In this document: positions 25,797-40,381 of the stretch, one piece after another | Layout: each line of letters opens with the position of its first letter | Numbering within the stretch: position 1 is the first letter of the stretch | NCBI GenBank assembly: GCA_965112155.1 | Contig: OZ218099.1 | Source: Podarcis liolepis | Lineage: Eukaryota | DNA length: 64,000 nucleotides | Reading direction: 5' to 3' (one strand) | Program-made: the position numbers and the translations under genes | The notes under the pieces: model-generated | What the model saw: only the letters and a program-made list of their open reading frames with translations | Told to the model about the DNA's origin: nothing | Databases searched by the model: none

Positions 25797-28477
25797 CCTT
25801 AGACACAGGGGCTAAGGTAAAACTTTTCTCTATGGAACTATAACCCAGCAGCAGATACTACTGACATCACTAGGACTGCAGCAGTGAAAAAAGAAATATG
25901 AGATACACTGATGGCACCCCACCCCAGGAGCACACCTTACATCACTTTCCCCTCCTTTGAAACATGCTAGAGATCAAGGTGTAAACCAGGAGGAAGCTGT
26001 CAGGCAGAGTCGGATTATCTAAGCTTCAGTTTGGCACTGAAATGAAATCCCTGCCAAATGAGAGTCCCAAAGTGAGAGCACTGCTTGCTTTCAAGAGAAT
26101 GCAGCTGAAAGGCTCACAACTGTGAGAATAAGATTTAAGAGCTCTTCTAGCCAACCTCTTAACAGCAGGACCTATAACTCAAGGCTCGCAAAACTAGCCA
26201 GTGGAGGACTAAGCTAGAAGGATGTACGTGCATGTTCTCCTCTCTTAGGAGCCAGCCAGTCCCATCATTGCTTTAGTAACAAAAGTTACTAAAGGGGGCC
26301 CTAGACAGGAAATGAGCATGAGTTGTCCCTTAATAAACTGAGGCTGGAGAGCAGATGACGACTAATCACTGGTGTGCCCCTAAATTGCCCATCAACATTA
26401 GGCAAGCATAGCAGTAACTCAGGCACAAAAGGCGAGGGATTGTAACAGGACAGGCAGAGAGGTGAGCTGACTTTCACATTCAGATATTCCACCCCAAGTA
26501 ATGGCCAGAGCACACCTGATATGTCTTCCATTGTCTGTGCTCCAATCTCTCCCTGCAGCATCACAAAGACCTGAGAGAGGGGGGTGGACTCGGCCCCTCT
26601 AGGGCAGTGTCCCAAGGACAGCTGGTAAATAGGCTCCTTTCAATTAACTTGGTATTAATTATTCATTCAAGTACACCTCAAAATAGCAGAAAGCAGGATC
26701 ACTAGCCAAAGGATCCTGTGCCCTGTCTTAGACCTTTCGGAGCCACATGGAGGAAATCACTGGCAGACAGCGATGACCTTGCCGACACCTAGAAAAGTGA
26801 ACCCAATTGCATAGGTGTCCCAAGGTCATTCAATGACCGCACCCCCAGGGATGGAGTTTCATGACAGCCTCAGCAAAAACAGCCAGCTTATTAGCCTACA
26901 GAACTGGGCCAGAACTGGAGCTAGCAGTTTCAGGGAAGCTGTATCTGTTCAACCTTTCTGTTCCCTGTTGTGTCCATCTTTTCAGAAGGAGAAGTGTGTA
27001 AAAAAAAAAAAAGTGGAATGGTGAAGAATAAAGAGGAAAAGGACAGTTGACACCACAGCCACAAGGGGAAACTGCTATGGAGAGCACATTTACAGCACCT
27101 ACACATATTTGCTGTGCACTCGTAATATTCCCTCCAAACTAAAGAGAGATGCATACTTAACCACCCACCCTGAGGCACATTTGACAGGTCGCCATGACAA
27201 ACATTTGGATGGCTCTTAGGACCATCACTTGGTGCAGCCAGACTCATGCCGCTTTATCTTTCTATCCCATCATTTCCAAAGGACTGGCTTGTGCACCAAG
27301 GGTGGGAGGGGAAAAGGCTCTACTAGAGGGCTATAAAACTATGTCACCACCATACAAAGGGAAGACAACAGGAAACTTACTCTGGAAACTAGCAACAGAG
27401 AGATCTCCTGGGCCCCCAAAAAAGCAGAAAAGAAAAAAGCAAAACAAAACAAAGAGAGAAACATTATAGATGCAAATTTTCTTAGAAGGGTCAAGCAGGT
27501 GTTACTATTGCCACCTTCTGCTGGGCTGTGAGGTTAGTCATTCTGTCCCGGCATTATATGCTCCCTCAGAGAAAGAGTGCAGGACCAACTCATAACTTGC
27601 CATCTACTCAGCAACACAGATGCCATCATTCTCTTCACTAGATCAGTAACTACAGAGGAGAAGCCAAAGCTCCCCCTACAGCTTGTAACTGGAGTCTCTC
27701 AGAGATCCTTGCCATGCTGGATATAAAGCCATTCTGAGTACTGTGGTAACACTGGGAGATCAGCCTGATTACTAAACCATGGCTGCCATAAGTGAGTGGC
27801 AAATGCCTCAGAACAAAGTAGGACTAACATTCACAGAAGAGGACCAGCCCAGAGCTGCAAGAGAAGCAGTGCCTGCTGGATCCAATGTACCACCAATGCC
27901 GATCAACTTGATTTCCTTAGAAAAATCAATTTTACTCCTTAAAGCTATAACCTGGTGTGCCTTTGGGGATGCTTTAACACTTTGTCAATTTATGCCTGAT
28001 CTGGCCAAATGTTTTGTTTCCTATAAATATACACCAGAGCTTTCTTGGTCATCACCTAGTGAACCAGTGAAAACAACCAGGGTGATCACAATTATATGGA
28101 GGTGGGGTTTTTTTTAAGGTTTTGCACTCAAAAATAGAAGAGAGCTGGGTCAGGAAGTTAATAAGAAACTTTTCACCCTGAGTTTGCCACACACATTTAA
28201 GTTAGGGACAGAGACAACTTATTTCTATTACATGGCATCAGGAGCCCTCTAGCTCCCAGACATGCTGGGTCCCAGCAGTTACACAGACAGGATCCACTGG
28301 TGCCGATTATTGTGCCAACAGACAGCAGCAGTGTGGGAGTACCACACAACAGGATCCTGCCCTTCTGGTACCAGAGTCAACAGCTAACCAGATTAGGATA
28401 AGCTCAGTTACAGGACTGCATTTACCACAAGCTGTATTGGCAAAGCAACACATCTCCACTCCCTATCCCCCACTCAC

Positions 28478-28562
28478 TCTGCAAGCTGGGGAGATTGGCA
28501 TCTTCTGGCTTGGTTTTCAGGAGGTGAGGAAGCCGTGTGTACCTGTATCCAAATCCACAGCC
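28478..28562 (-). CDS. RNF123: RNF123 exon 31
   Basis: [28 protein letters not shown]; 85 nt. Confidence 0.95.
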
Positions 28563-28775
28563 CTACAGGAGAGGGGGGGAAGGGAGAAATGTCTGCTTAG
28601 AAGACCTCGCATTATCTCCCAACAAGGAACATGGAGACCCTCTTGCCAGAAGCAGGTAACAAAGTTCAAACAAGAAGTTAAGGGAAAGTTCAAACACAGG
28701 GGAAACCACTGGTTTTAAAACGACAAGCTGGAAATTCTGAACAAAATGTGAAGGCAGAGGGTTATCTGTTCTTAC

Positions 28776-28863
28776 TCGCCACAGTCGTACAAGGATCCAG
28801 TTGGTCTGGGCCCAGGGTCTTTGCTCGTAGGGGGCCAGCAGGTTCTTCATCATAGATATTCGC
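28776..28863 (-). CDS. RNF123: RNF123 exon 30
   Basis: [29 protein letters not shown]; 88 nt. Confidence 0.95.
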
Positions 28864-29124
28864 CTGCCAGAGTAAAACAAACAAGTCAGCCAACCACCAT
28901 GAAAACAGCACCAAGGTTAAAAAGTGGGGGTTCGGGAAGGATTCAAGGCAAGATGTTTAATTTACTTGAGAGGGAAGAATCAGAAGTGCAATGTGAGGAA
29001 ACACGGGGAGCAGCAGCTTCCACACAAAAGTATAGGAGTCATGCCTGGTTCAGAGAAGAAGAGAGAAATAATCCTCTTCCAGGACATATAATATTTTTCA
29101 GGAATGGTGAAACCAAGAACTTAC

Positions 29125-29212
29125 TGCAGTTCTGGAATCCTCTCTACAGCACGGAGTGAGTGTGGGTAGCAAACATAGCTGGCCAATGCCTGCATTAGGG
29201 AGTCTCTGATGT
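29125..29212 (-). CDS. RNF123: RNF123 exon 29
   Basis: [29 protein letters not shown]; 88 nt. Confidence 0.95.
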
Positions 29213-29310
29213 CTGAATATGGAAACAAGACAGAATGTAAGTGGAGTAAGGATAATAGGGACACAGATTGCCAGAAAAATACTTCAGATATTGTGGTGCA
29301 ATTGCATACT

Positions 29311-29562
29311 TAGGGTTGCCATACGTCCGGGATTTCCTGGACATATTCAGAACACTGCAGTGGGCAGTAGTGTCTGGGCGGAAATCGGAAAAATGTGCAG
29401 TAAAATTCAGACGTATGGCAACCCATATCAGTAGTGCCATTGTTGCTGATTTTCCATAAATATAGGTCAAATACAGCATTTTTTTGCGATTTTGCAAAAG
29501 AAAAAGAAAAGCTCAACAACTTTCCTGTCTGGATTTTCACAGTGTGAAATATGGCAAGCCTA
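29311..29562. mobile_element. Non-autonomous hAT (Blackjack/Tip100-like termini)
   Basis: TAGGGTTGCCATA ... TATGGCAAGCCTA termini; flanks gcatact/gcttact. Confidence 0.7.
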
Positions 29563-29837
29563 GCTTACTACAGTTACAGGACTAGTAAGCAGGACAGGAT
29601 ATAAAGACAAATGTCAAACCCAAAAATAATAATTGAGTTCTGCAATGATCTGAGGTGTTAAAAACATTAGAAACAGAGACCCTTACTATTCAAGAAGTAC
29701 CAAGTAGAAATAAAATAAAAAATCAGCAAGCATGAGCTTAATTTTCTTTCCCCCAATCACATATGCATGTGTGCACGCATGTACACACATAACACCTACA
29801 GCCCAGGATGACCTCTGGAAAACAGGAGCTGCCTTAC

Positions 29838-29912
29838 CAGTTCCCACAATCCTTGAATCAGCAAAGTGCTTGGCTAAAATGGCAGCGAGGTGAGTCAAGG
29901 TCTCTTCGTAGC
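29838..29912 (-). CDS. RNF123: RNF123 exon 28
   Basis: [25 protein letters not shown]; 75 nt. Confidence 0.95.
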
Positions 29913-31872
29913 CTGAAAAGAAAAAGTTCAGAATATCAGGATGCAGGAGAAAAAACACCCCACAGCTATAGGATATAGCAGCTGCAGCAGAATGAATTTC
30001 TAGAATGAGCTTTCAGATTTACAGAGAGAAAACACGGTCCAAGTATGGAGGATGAGCTACCACTTGTCTGAGTCTCTAGCAGGCAAGTCAGGAATCCAGC
30101 TTAAAGTTTAAGAGAATGATGACAGGAAGTCTGCACAGCAGCATTTGGTGTTGCCAACTTTACCTTACCACTTAACCAGAAGCATCGGAAGTAAGTGGGA
30201 ATGTCCTTAGAAGTTCTTTTACACACCTGGTCAGAAAGCAGCCATGCAGGCTATGGACTGGGTTCATCCCTTTAACTAGTATAGGCTTTCTGAGACATGC
30301 AGATAATCAATACAGGAGTAGCAGTTGTTGAATCTGATAAAATTAGCCTGGACACTTCCCTACAGTTGAGCAAATTCTTAGCAATAATATACAGTAGTCC
30401 CTTTGTATTAGGACTAATACCCTCATAACGCAGCTAAAATAGGAATACTGAACTGTGTTATGGAGCAGCTTTGGGGTAGACAGAAAAATAAAGATTGGGG
30501 AAATTGTAGATGGGATGGGGGTTAAAAACCTATTCCCCAGTGCTGTAGCTCTGATCTAAAATCCACCACAAGCTTTCGACATTTGAGGTGGGGGGGAAGG
30601 GGACAATCCAATCACAGATCTCCTGGTGTCATATCTGGTTTCATCCCCAAAATGAAAGAGATTGTGGCTCTCATAGAGTACCATCTACAGAGAAATGCAG
30701 TATGCTGAAATACACTGCCTCACTTCCAAAAAACTTGCAGCCAAAAAGGGCTCCTGGCAGAGGAATTTCAGATGGAGGAGTTTGGAATAACTATGAAATA
30801 ACAAAATAGATCTTCCAAACCAGTTTTCATAATTACATCTCCAGGGCCAGACTGCACAACACCTGCTCTGACACAAATGACAGTATTTTCTCACCCTTCA
30901 CAGTACTTCAAAAAGAAGGAAATGTATTTTGCATATATTTCCAAAACAACGTAACTGCAGGCTGAGGGCAGAAAACACAACCCAATCCAATATCAGAGAG
31001 AACAAACAAGCATAATCACTGGAATTTGAGGAGGCAAAAAAACGATGTAAGCAGGAAGTCTTGATTTGTATGCTTTGCTTGAGCAGTTCTTGATAGTCAA
31101 TATGATGCAGTTGTTTAACATAATTACGCCATGAAGTTACATAGTGAGAATGGCTATTTTCTACATGTTTTGCTACTCTTGCCCTGCAAAATTGCTAAAT
31201 GACTTTTAATGAAATTCTAAAAACTGTATACAAAGGTCCTTTATGACCGCAACCCTTCAAAAAGGGGATCACTAAAATTACCAGGAGCTGCAGTGTTTCA
31301 GGGTAACACCACTCAGATAATGTATAAATACTAAAAAGTTATTAGGTTTAAGGTTAGGCAGTCAGGCTTAATAGCATTTAATCAACTTCAGGATGCAGCG
31401 GCAAACAATGCTTGTTATAGCTTGCACTAGGCATTATCAAGATGAGAAACCCGGTGACCCAGACTGTAGTTTTGTGTGTGTGGAGGGCAGGACAATTGCG
31501 TGAGCAAGTTAAACAGCACCTAATGTGATTAGAAAGTTGAGTACCACTCAAGAGTATCCACAACTTTTACTCAACAGTAGACCTACTGAATTAATGAACG
31601 TGACTAAGTTAGGTCTATAATTTCAATAAGTTTACTCTGAGTAAAGCTTGGTTGAATACTACCCCACAACACAGCCAGCACATTTTCAAAACACACATTT
31701 ACAACCACTAAGGCACGTTAAGCTAAAGTTCTTTGCAACCCAAATTCTGTGCAGCGTGCAATATTCTGTGTGGAGTTCTTCTCCCTTTTCTCTTGTGCAT
31801 TGAATTCTATATGCAAAATTACAGATGGTCCTGCTCAGAGGCCCTCTCCGGTTCCCTCCTTCTCCTCCTCAC

Positions 31873-32050
31873 CTGGAAGCTCTTCCATGCTGTTGACAGG
31901 ACTGAAGTAGTTCTTGAGAGCACTGTAGCTATTCATAGCCACACTCAGATAAAATTCTGGCATAAAAGCAAAGAGCGAACCAATCCTGTCTCCATGCTCA
32001 ATAGTGCGGATGCATACCCGTAGCAGCCAGTATATATCTTGCATCTTCTC
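31873..32050 (-). CDS. RNF123: RNF123 exon 27
   Basis: [59 protein letters not shown]; 178 nt. Confidence 0.96.
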
Positions 32051-32526
32051 CTGAAAAGAAGCAATTCCTAGTCAGTTTGTATCTCAATTGGCATGAAATA
32101 ATATACCTAAGTGCAGGGGCAGGGAACCTGTGGTCCAGCAGATGTTGTTGGACTCCAATGCCCATCAGCCTCAGACAGCATGGCTAACCATCTGGGATGA
32201 GGCAAGTTGTAGTTCAGCAACATTGGGGGGCCCACAGGTTCCCCGCACCCAGATCAGAGTAAATACTACTGAGGAAATAAAAGAAAAGGAGGTCAGCAAT
32301 TTTGTGCAAAAGCAGGAAAAATGCAGATGAATTCACTGCTAAAACGCAAGATTTTTCTTTAATAAAAATGAACTTTACCAGGATTTATTAACAGAAGTAC
32401 AACATACAAGACTTGGGAAGAAATGGTACAGCTCTATTCAGCATTGGCCAGGCCAGAACTGGAATTTATGGCCCAAGCTTAGGTGAGGCACCTCACTGAT
32501 ATTATATGTACTACTTTCCTTCTCAC

Positions 32527-32634
32527 CTTTGAATAAATGGTAACGTTGATCCAAGCAAGTCGGCGACTCAGGTGATTAAGTTTCTCTGAGAAAACCTTCT
32601 GACTTTTCTCCAGTTCATCATGGATGTCTCTTCT
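32527..32634 (-). CDS. RNF123: RNF123 exon 26
   Basis: [36 protein letters not shown]; 108 nt. Confidence 0.95.
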
Positions 32635-33388
32635 CTGAATTGGACACAGAGGGTGGGTGATGAAGAGCAATGGTGCATATGTTTTCCTGCTTTCAGAAGC
32701 ATGTACACAGCAAGTCCAGTACTTCACAAAAGCCTTACCACAATCACAGGATGTTCTTTTAATGTTGAGGAAAAGCATGAGCTGCCATGGTCTGCTTCCC
32801 AAGGGGGTCATCCTTACACAGAGATCGGGTATACCATGGAGTCCCAGGCACACTTTGGCTAGCTACAGTGCACACAACTTTTTACACCTAACAACATCCA
32901 AGGAATCTTAACAGGAGGCAGTCTTGACACCAGTTCCACATTAGACACACCACCACAGAAGTTGAGAATCTATTCCAGTGGTACCTTGGAAAGCAACTTC
33001 ATTTAACAACTGCTCACACATGAACAGTGTAACACAGGAGACAAGAACTGATGCAAATTCATGACTCCCCTTCGACAAAGATAAAAACCATGTTTTGATG
33101 GAAAGGGAGCCAAAATCTTGCAGGAGTGTGTGGCACCGAAGTTTACTTTAACACTCAAGGTGTTGTTGTTGTTTTAATCATTAATCATTAACTACACAAA
33201 ACAACCATCCTATTTTAGCTAAATGGAGAATTAGCCACCATTGCTTCTCAGTCTGCCTTCAGAAAATCAGTGAGAGCAATAGAGTGCTGCTCAGCACCTG
33301 AATGATTCTCAAGAAAGAGAACAGCTTGCAGGCAATATAGGCCTATTTTAAGGGAGAGGGAATATAACTATCCCCGTGTTATTCTTAC

Positions 33389-33472
33389 CCTCTTTGGGCA
33401 TCGGCTAATCTTTTCTTCAGTGTCTTTCAGTGCCATAGCATACTCATTCACATCATCGGAAACACCTACCAT
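33389..33472 (-). CDS. RNF123: RNF123 exon 25
   Basis: [28 protein letters not shown]; 84 nt. Confidence 0.95.
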
Positions 33473-34207
33473 CTAAAACACAAATAAGGGTCAGTAGTAC
33501 CAGCTAGAGCTTTTCTGTACAGGTTATAGCACATACTGGATTATTTTCCAAACACTTAACTTGTGGCAGCATCAATACATTGCAGGGCCCAACTCCACAA
33601 TGAGCCCCTCCCACCAGTCGCTTTCCTGGAGACAGATTTTCAGCTGACAGCCTATAGCAGAACTGCGTAAGATGGCAGCAGACAGACCCACACCTCTGAA
33701 GGTGGGAGACTGCCAAAAGGCGGCAAAACAGCAGGAGGCAGGGCAATTTCCCACAGAAAATTGGCAACTCTTGTTCTGTCAGCCGCTATCCCTGCTAAAG
33801 CTCTTCTTCCTCAAGGCTATTCCCTTGCAGCTAGACTCACTGCCAATCACAGATCTCTGCTTTGGGGAGGGGGAAAGAAGCAGCTGCAAGTGGGATACCA
33901 GTGAAGGGAATGGGGATCAGCATCCCTTCTCACACCTGCTACTCCTCAGAAGGAAATACATGCACATCTATTGTGTTACTGCTGAGTGGTGGCCAGCCAT
34001 GTTCAGAAAGTGCAGGTCTGCCACCAAAGGGTGTAGTTCCACCCAAAAGCAGAATGCAAGCAAGCATCGTGAGCTGGTATGGTGGCTGCAATCAAAAGCG
34101 CCCCACCCTCTCCCAGTGGGCCATGGTGTCTTTGTTAGTGTGAGTTCCAATCCCAGTTGTGAGAATGGGACAGGACTGAAAACTCCCCTGAAATGAATCC
34201 TGCTCAC

Positions 34208-34353
34208 CTTACCAAGCTGCTGGTGCACGCTGAGGTTGTACATCATGACTATTCCATCCAAGATTTCCAAAAGAGAATTCTCAGTGATTGGTTGCTCTGG
34301 CTCTTCGGCAGGTCTCCCCAGTAAAAGGCCCTCATTTCCATGGCTGCCTTCAA
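34208..34353 (-). CDS. RNF123: RNF123 exon 24
   Basis: [49 protein letters not shown]; 146 nt. Confidence 0.95.
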
Positions 34354-35431
34354 CTGTCATAAAAACAATGAAACATCCATCACTGTGAAGAAAATGGAAC
34401 TAAGGCTGGTCTGGTATTCTCTCTTTTTTAACCATAAAGTTTTGTTAGCCTTTCTGTTCTGAAGGAAAACTTGAACAAACAGCTACCTCAAGTCACCAGA
34501 CATCTTAGTTCAGCTGGTTCTGTTTTGAGGCATATGGACTATGCCTTTGAACCTACATTTATCCTTCTGAGCCTCATCATCCTGCAGTTTTGTTTACTAA
34601 AATAATTAAATATAACCTATTTAACACTGTTTACTCCCAGATCATTTGCACTGGCTACACAGTTCTGTTGCTTAGAAAGCACATAGCTTGAATTACAATC
34701 GTAGTCCTTTACAACAAATCCAGGCATGGGCTAGCATGCAGGTAGAAATCCTTTCCCTCAGTTAGAAGGCAGAACTTCGGGCTGAAATTATCTACCTACC
34801 TACCTACCAATAAATAATTATTAGAGGATCACAGAGCGATTTGCAGCATAAAAACACAAAAAAATGCCTAATAAAAAAAGAAAACAATAACCACTATGAC
34901 CCTACATTTGTTATCATTTTGTAAACACCTGATCATGTTGAGAAGTCCAGTTGCTGTAATGATCTAAGCACTGTAAATGATTCAAGAGAGCTCTTATCTA
35001 CAGTACCAATTATGAATTTAGGATGGCTGAGAACAATGAAGATCAGCTACAAGATACAAGAGACTTGCAAGTCTATTGCTACCTTCAGATCTGGACCATT
35101 GTTTTAAAAAGAAAATGTTAACAAAATTTACCCAAACCCTACACAACCTGGAAATTACTGAATACATTAAAATTAAGGAACATGATTGGCAGCCACTCTC
35201 TTCTCATGGATTTCTTTGGAAAAACATTATTGCATAATATGTTTATGAAGAGCAACTGTCTGGAATTATAATGCTATTTCTTGAATACTACCACTCCCTC
35301 CTCCCTCCTCTCACCTTGTATCCTTCTCCCCCCTCCCTTTCTTGCTTTGATCTCTTCTCTCTTTTGTTGTTATTATTATTGCTTTTTGTGTATTAGAAAG
35401 GATTATATATATATATATGCACACTACTCAC

Positions 35432-35624
35432 TGTCCTCCTCTGTCCGTTGTTCCATGTTCAACGTACGAACTTTAACTTTCTCCAAGGCACCTGGTGACC
35501 GCCTTGGAGTCATAAGGCTAACAGCTGCAGTGCTGAGAAAACGGTTAGCCCGCCCCAGGGTGGGTGAACTAAGCCAGCTTGGTCTGGCCAAGGCACCTCC
35601 AATTGCCAGTGCCGCAGCTGGACG
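35432..35624 (-). CDS. RNF123: RNF123 exon 23
   Basis: [64 protein letters not shown]; 193 nt. Confidence 0.93.
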
Positions 35625-37999
35625 CTGAGAAAAAGAGAGATTGAGAGATATGAAGTAATATTTGTTCAGCTCTTTCTCTAACGGGAAGAATCAAGCTGGT
35701 TTGAATCATGCACAAATCTCCTTTGTTCTAGTTAGGCTCATTTGTAGGACAAGTAGCTGAAATATTTCCTTCTCACTCATGGTAACCTAGAAGAAGAACC
35801 AGGGTCTCATACAGGCAAGCATAGCACAGGCAGATATTCAGGACAGGAAAACTTTTACTAGAGAGCACAATTTGTATCCTCATCAGTTATTTCAATAGGG
35901 TGGTTTTGAACTGACACACAACCCAGTTTGCACAATCCACACTGCAAAATGCATCAGCTTGATTATGTATCAGCTGATGACTGGAATCAATCTTTTACGG
36001 GTCGAAACTGGAGTGAAAGAATCAGCACTGGGCCAGACGTAATGGCAATACTGAGCTATCCTGTGTTGTATGCTTCCAAATTCGAGGGACACAATATTCT
36101 TTACAACATGGTCTTATCAGAGGGTGCAGTCACAGATGGTGAAATTGTGCTCACATTGACATCCCTGTGAACTAGCAGACAAGTATCAACCATTCAAATT
36201 TCCTGGGCCCAGCATGGGGTATCCTTCCGTATTTTTAGGAGTGGGAAATCCTGACCACCTATAACCTTGCCCTTGAGAATCCCAAGGAGATAGAACTTTA
36301 GCCTGCAGTTTCTAAAGAGGAACACAAGACAAGCTGCAAGGCAACGTTTGCCCACAACATGAAGACAAAAATGCAATTGAAGCCAAGCAAAACAAAAAAA
36401 CTTTTCTTTCTTTGCACAGAGTACTTTCTTTAACAAACTGAATCCTTGAATTCTTCATCTTATCAGGCCTTGCATCACATTGTGTCAACAGTTCTCAAAG
36501 TTCTCAGAGTAGTAGCTGGTCTTGAGTTTCCACTGAACTTTTCCTGGGGTATATATAGAAGAGGCCTGAAGCCTTTAAAAGCCCAAGCTTTTCCCACACT
36601 TTACTGTGCTCTACAGATTTAGTCACCAAGTCACTATGGTGGCTGCCCCTGCCAACCTTTGGGAACCATCCTTCCCCCTAACATAAATATCTGTTTTCCT
36701 GAGTTTTCTGCAAATTATAGATAATTTGGAAAGGGGAATCTTTCGCTTCGTAGCAGGCTTTTTCATTAAGCAGAAAATGGAAGTAGAGGCTGACACTGCT
36801 TCTCATGTGAAGTGAGATAAAACCCACCCTCTGCTAGCAAAGGCAAGTGAAGTCTTGGGACAGGACTTTTCTGTCATTTTACATCATGCTTTAGAAAAGG
36901 CAAGAAGTGACGGGATCCCCCTTCATTGCTTTCCCCTTCTATATGAGTTTGTTGTCAAGTGATCCCCTCTTGTTCCACACCAGCCATTGGGGAAGGAGAA
37001 AGCAACAAGGGGGCCTCCACCCTGCTTCTTTCATTTCCAAAATCTTACAGGCTTCATGCAGGATTTTTGTAGAAGGCACTCACTACTTCTGCAAATCCTG
37101 CCATTTCCCCAAGTTCTCTGTGTTTGCCAGGAGATTCAGGACAGGGGGCAGGAAAGAGGAGATTGGTGGAAACCATAAACAACAGGTGACAACTGTGTCA
37201 AATCAACACATGGGGCCTTCTATATAAAATCATGTTGCAGTTTCCCTTATATTTGTTTCTGATATTAGAACTTCCCGACTCAAACTGCAGAGTCATCACC
37301 ACAATCTTTGGCAAGCCCAAATCCTGACTCAGATGTCTGTGTTAGGACCAACAGCAACTAGCGTTCAATCGGCATTCTTGGCATTCTCAGGTTAAGGGTG
37401 TAACGCTGCTGACTAATGAGAAATGCAGAGCTGTTGGAGCTTTAAGTGACCATCAGATCTTGCTAAACAGAGAACTCTCCATTAGCCTGTAAAATTCTGG
37501 GCCTGCAGTAGAGCCAGCAGGGTTAAAAGTAATATAAAAGACCTGAGAAAATAAAAAGGTCTTTGCTTGGCACTGAAGGAGAACGAAGCAGGTGCCAGGC
37601 CAACTGCTTTGGAGAGAGCATTCCATCACTGGGGTCCAAACACTGAGAAGTCCCTCTCCCTGCTAGCCTCCCACCTCAGGTAACTTTGTTTTCAGAACTG
37701 TCCCCTGGCCTAAATATGTCTGATTATAGCGCCTTAGAGTCAGGATTTTGGGCTGGATTCCGATGTACACTTTGCTATGGCACCATTAGACTGCTGTACA
37801 ACCAATACGTTCAACACAAATCTTAGAAAGGCGAATTTCTTAGGTACAACGCATAAAAGTCTCTCTTTACTTGCTTCTCCCATCCATTCAAAACAAATTT
37901 CTGCTTCCAGGAGGTTCAGTGCTCCTCCATCCTTCCTTATAGACTCCATTGACAGCTGCCTAAGTTAAAACTCATTGCACATGGCATTGTTAGGCTCAC

Positions 38000-38106
38000 T
38001 TGTGCTGTTGACACTGCTGACTCTTCATCTTCATCGAGATCATCCATTGTCACCGCCTGAAGTTCTGCAGGGTCAATCAGAATATTTGCCTTTGAAGCAA
38101 GCTCAT
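38000..38106 (-). CDS. RNF123: RNF123 exon 22
   Basis: [36 protein letters not shown]; 107 nt. Confidence 0.93.
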
Positions 38107-38318
38107 CTGTATGAATAAAATATCAAATACATTCACTGCTAGGTATAATTACCTATGCACATTCAATTTACCACATGCCTTATTTGCAGTATTCTTCTTC
38201 TTATTATTACTGTATACCCCACCATTTTCCTGGTGGGACTCAAAGCAGCAGTACAGCTACCAGAAGCTCAAAGTGCAACGCATCAGAAGTGTCAATACTG
38301 CTACTGGGTCCTCACTAA

Positions 38319-38397
38319 GGCTGCAATCCTATGCACAGTGGGACTTGCTGAATTCAGTGGGATGTACCTCTGAGTATACACCCATAGGACTGCACTG
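38319..38397. mobile_element. Short palindromic MITE (PIF/Harbinger-like)
   Basis: ggctgcaatcctatg...cataggactgcactg flanked by TAA on both sides; relatives near 4660-4748, 60801-60890 and 61670-61723. Confidence 0.6.
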
Positions 38398-39290
38398 TAA
38401 ATGATCAGATCTGGTGGCAAAGGCATAGAAGAGGATCAACGCTCTTCCCAGCCATTTGTCCACTCAAAAACTCCCCCAAAGATAAAATATACTAGAACCT
38501 GTATTTTTTTTTTTCCTCAGGAAGAAAAGCACCCAGAGAGGCCAAATTTGAGTGGAGAAATAGCTGGGAAAGAAAACGCTAAAGCATCTGTTATGCAGTT
38601 TTTAAAAAAGGTATTAAGTGGCCTGGGACGGCCCATTGCCAGTAGTCATTCTATATAGACTTAGAACATGCTGTGAAAAATCAAATATGGTTAGGTATGC
38701 ATTTTTGGGTACAGAAAGTATTGCTCTAATGTGTAGAGACCTTTTCTATTCTAATTAATTCAAGAAGCTTCTGGAAGCTTCTCTGTGTGATACAAGCTGG
38801 AAGTTTGTAGCTGACAAGCAAGATACTATTCTGTCTAGAAACAAGCAGAAGATTCCTGATGTTTTGGTTATTCCTTCAGAAAAGATGAGCAGCCGTTTCA
38901 AACTGGTTCTGTTCTCTTTTTCTGTCATGTTGACTAGAAGAACAGGCCAGAAGGAGCCTGAGTTTCTCTTTTCTTCTGGTGTGGTGGTTTGTATATAACA
39001 TGCTTAGTGCTAAGGTTTCAGTCTTATTGTAAGTTATTGTAAGTTTAAGTTTAGTCTGCTGCAACTGGATTTCTTATGGATTGTGCCAACCTTGAAGACA
39101 TATGGATTTGTGACTATTATGCTCATTTACCTTCAGCAGTAAAGCTCTGCTGGATGAAGAATTAATTGCCTCTGGTCTATTTTTTGGGAATCCTGCAATG
39201 TGTTTCAAGTTTTTACTCTGCTAATTTTATGATGAAGTCTGCTCTAGATCAATATGAGCAGTACCAAATAACAAATATGCTTTCTGACAC

Positions 39291-39292
<2 letters not shown>

Positions 39293-39330
<38 letters not shown>

Positions 39331-39338
39331 ACACACAC
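39293..39338. repeat. (CA)n microsatellite
   Basis: ~22 CA units with one interruption; a (TG)n also lies at 24653-24675. Confidence 0.9.
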
Positions 39339-40381
39339 CATATTGTTATGCTTTATTGTTTTACCTATAAACAGACAACTGAAGGGTAGTATTTTTTTTT
39401 AATGACTAAAATAAAATGCTCCCAAATGCAAACTGTACTTTTTCCCGATCGTGTTACTGATTCTAATAGCTATTTCCTTTTGTGTACGTTTTGCCTTGGA
39501 GGCTGCTCCCAAGGCAGAGAAAGGAGCATCCAGACCCTAGGTGGAATGGACAAGTCAGTCCAATAAGAGCCAAAAAATTGGGTAGGGAAATCTTGGGTCT
39601 CCCCCAGGGTGAACAAAAACAAGATTCATAAAAGGGTCACACACAATCTTCAAAATGTAATTTGGAGCTTGTATTTCATATTCTCTTATCTCTACCAAGC
39701 AGATGGCCAAGCAGCCCCCGTGCCCTAAAGCCTGGCTCTGCTGATCTGAAGAGCACCTGAAAGAGGAAGAAGCAAGTCCTAATTGGAATCTCACAGGCCA
39801 AGAGGCATCAGCTGCCACTTTATCTTCAAGTCCCAGGAGAGCAGTTCTTGTTTTTAGCTTCAGAGGCCGTACACATATCCTTGAAGAGGACTGAGCTATT
39901 TAAATTAGCTAGAATAGATTTGCATGTAAATTAACAAGTCAAAAAAATTACCACACTTATGTCATGGCTGCTATTTGATAATCAAGTTAAAATACATAGT
40001 TTTAAAGGAAGGTTACAAGTGAAGACAACTAAGCCTTTGAAGAAGATGCCAAGTTAGCATCTGCCTGTTTGAGCAAATAAATGACATTCTGAGTTTCCAG
40101 TATCCCTAGTACAGTATTTAACAAAGTGAAAATAGAAAAGGACCTTTCTCACCTTGCCGGGATCACTTAGGGGACCTAGAAACCAGCAGGCTTCTGAGTC
40201 CAAGTACCAGGCAGAACCAAAGCTTTCACACACAGATACGTAGCTCCACAAAGAAATGAAGCTAATTCTGTGACACTCCTGCCCCATCTTTTACTTCCCT
40301 CAATAATTTGCTCCTGCAACAGATTTTCCACATCATATGCTTCCACATGAATTAATGGAACGCAACAAAACAAGCACTTGC

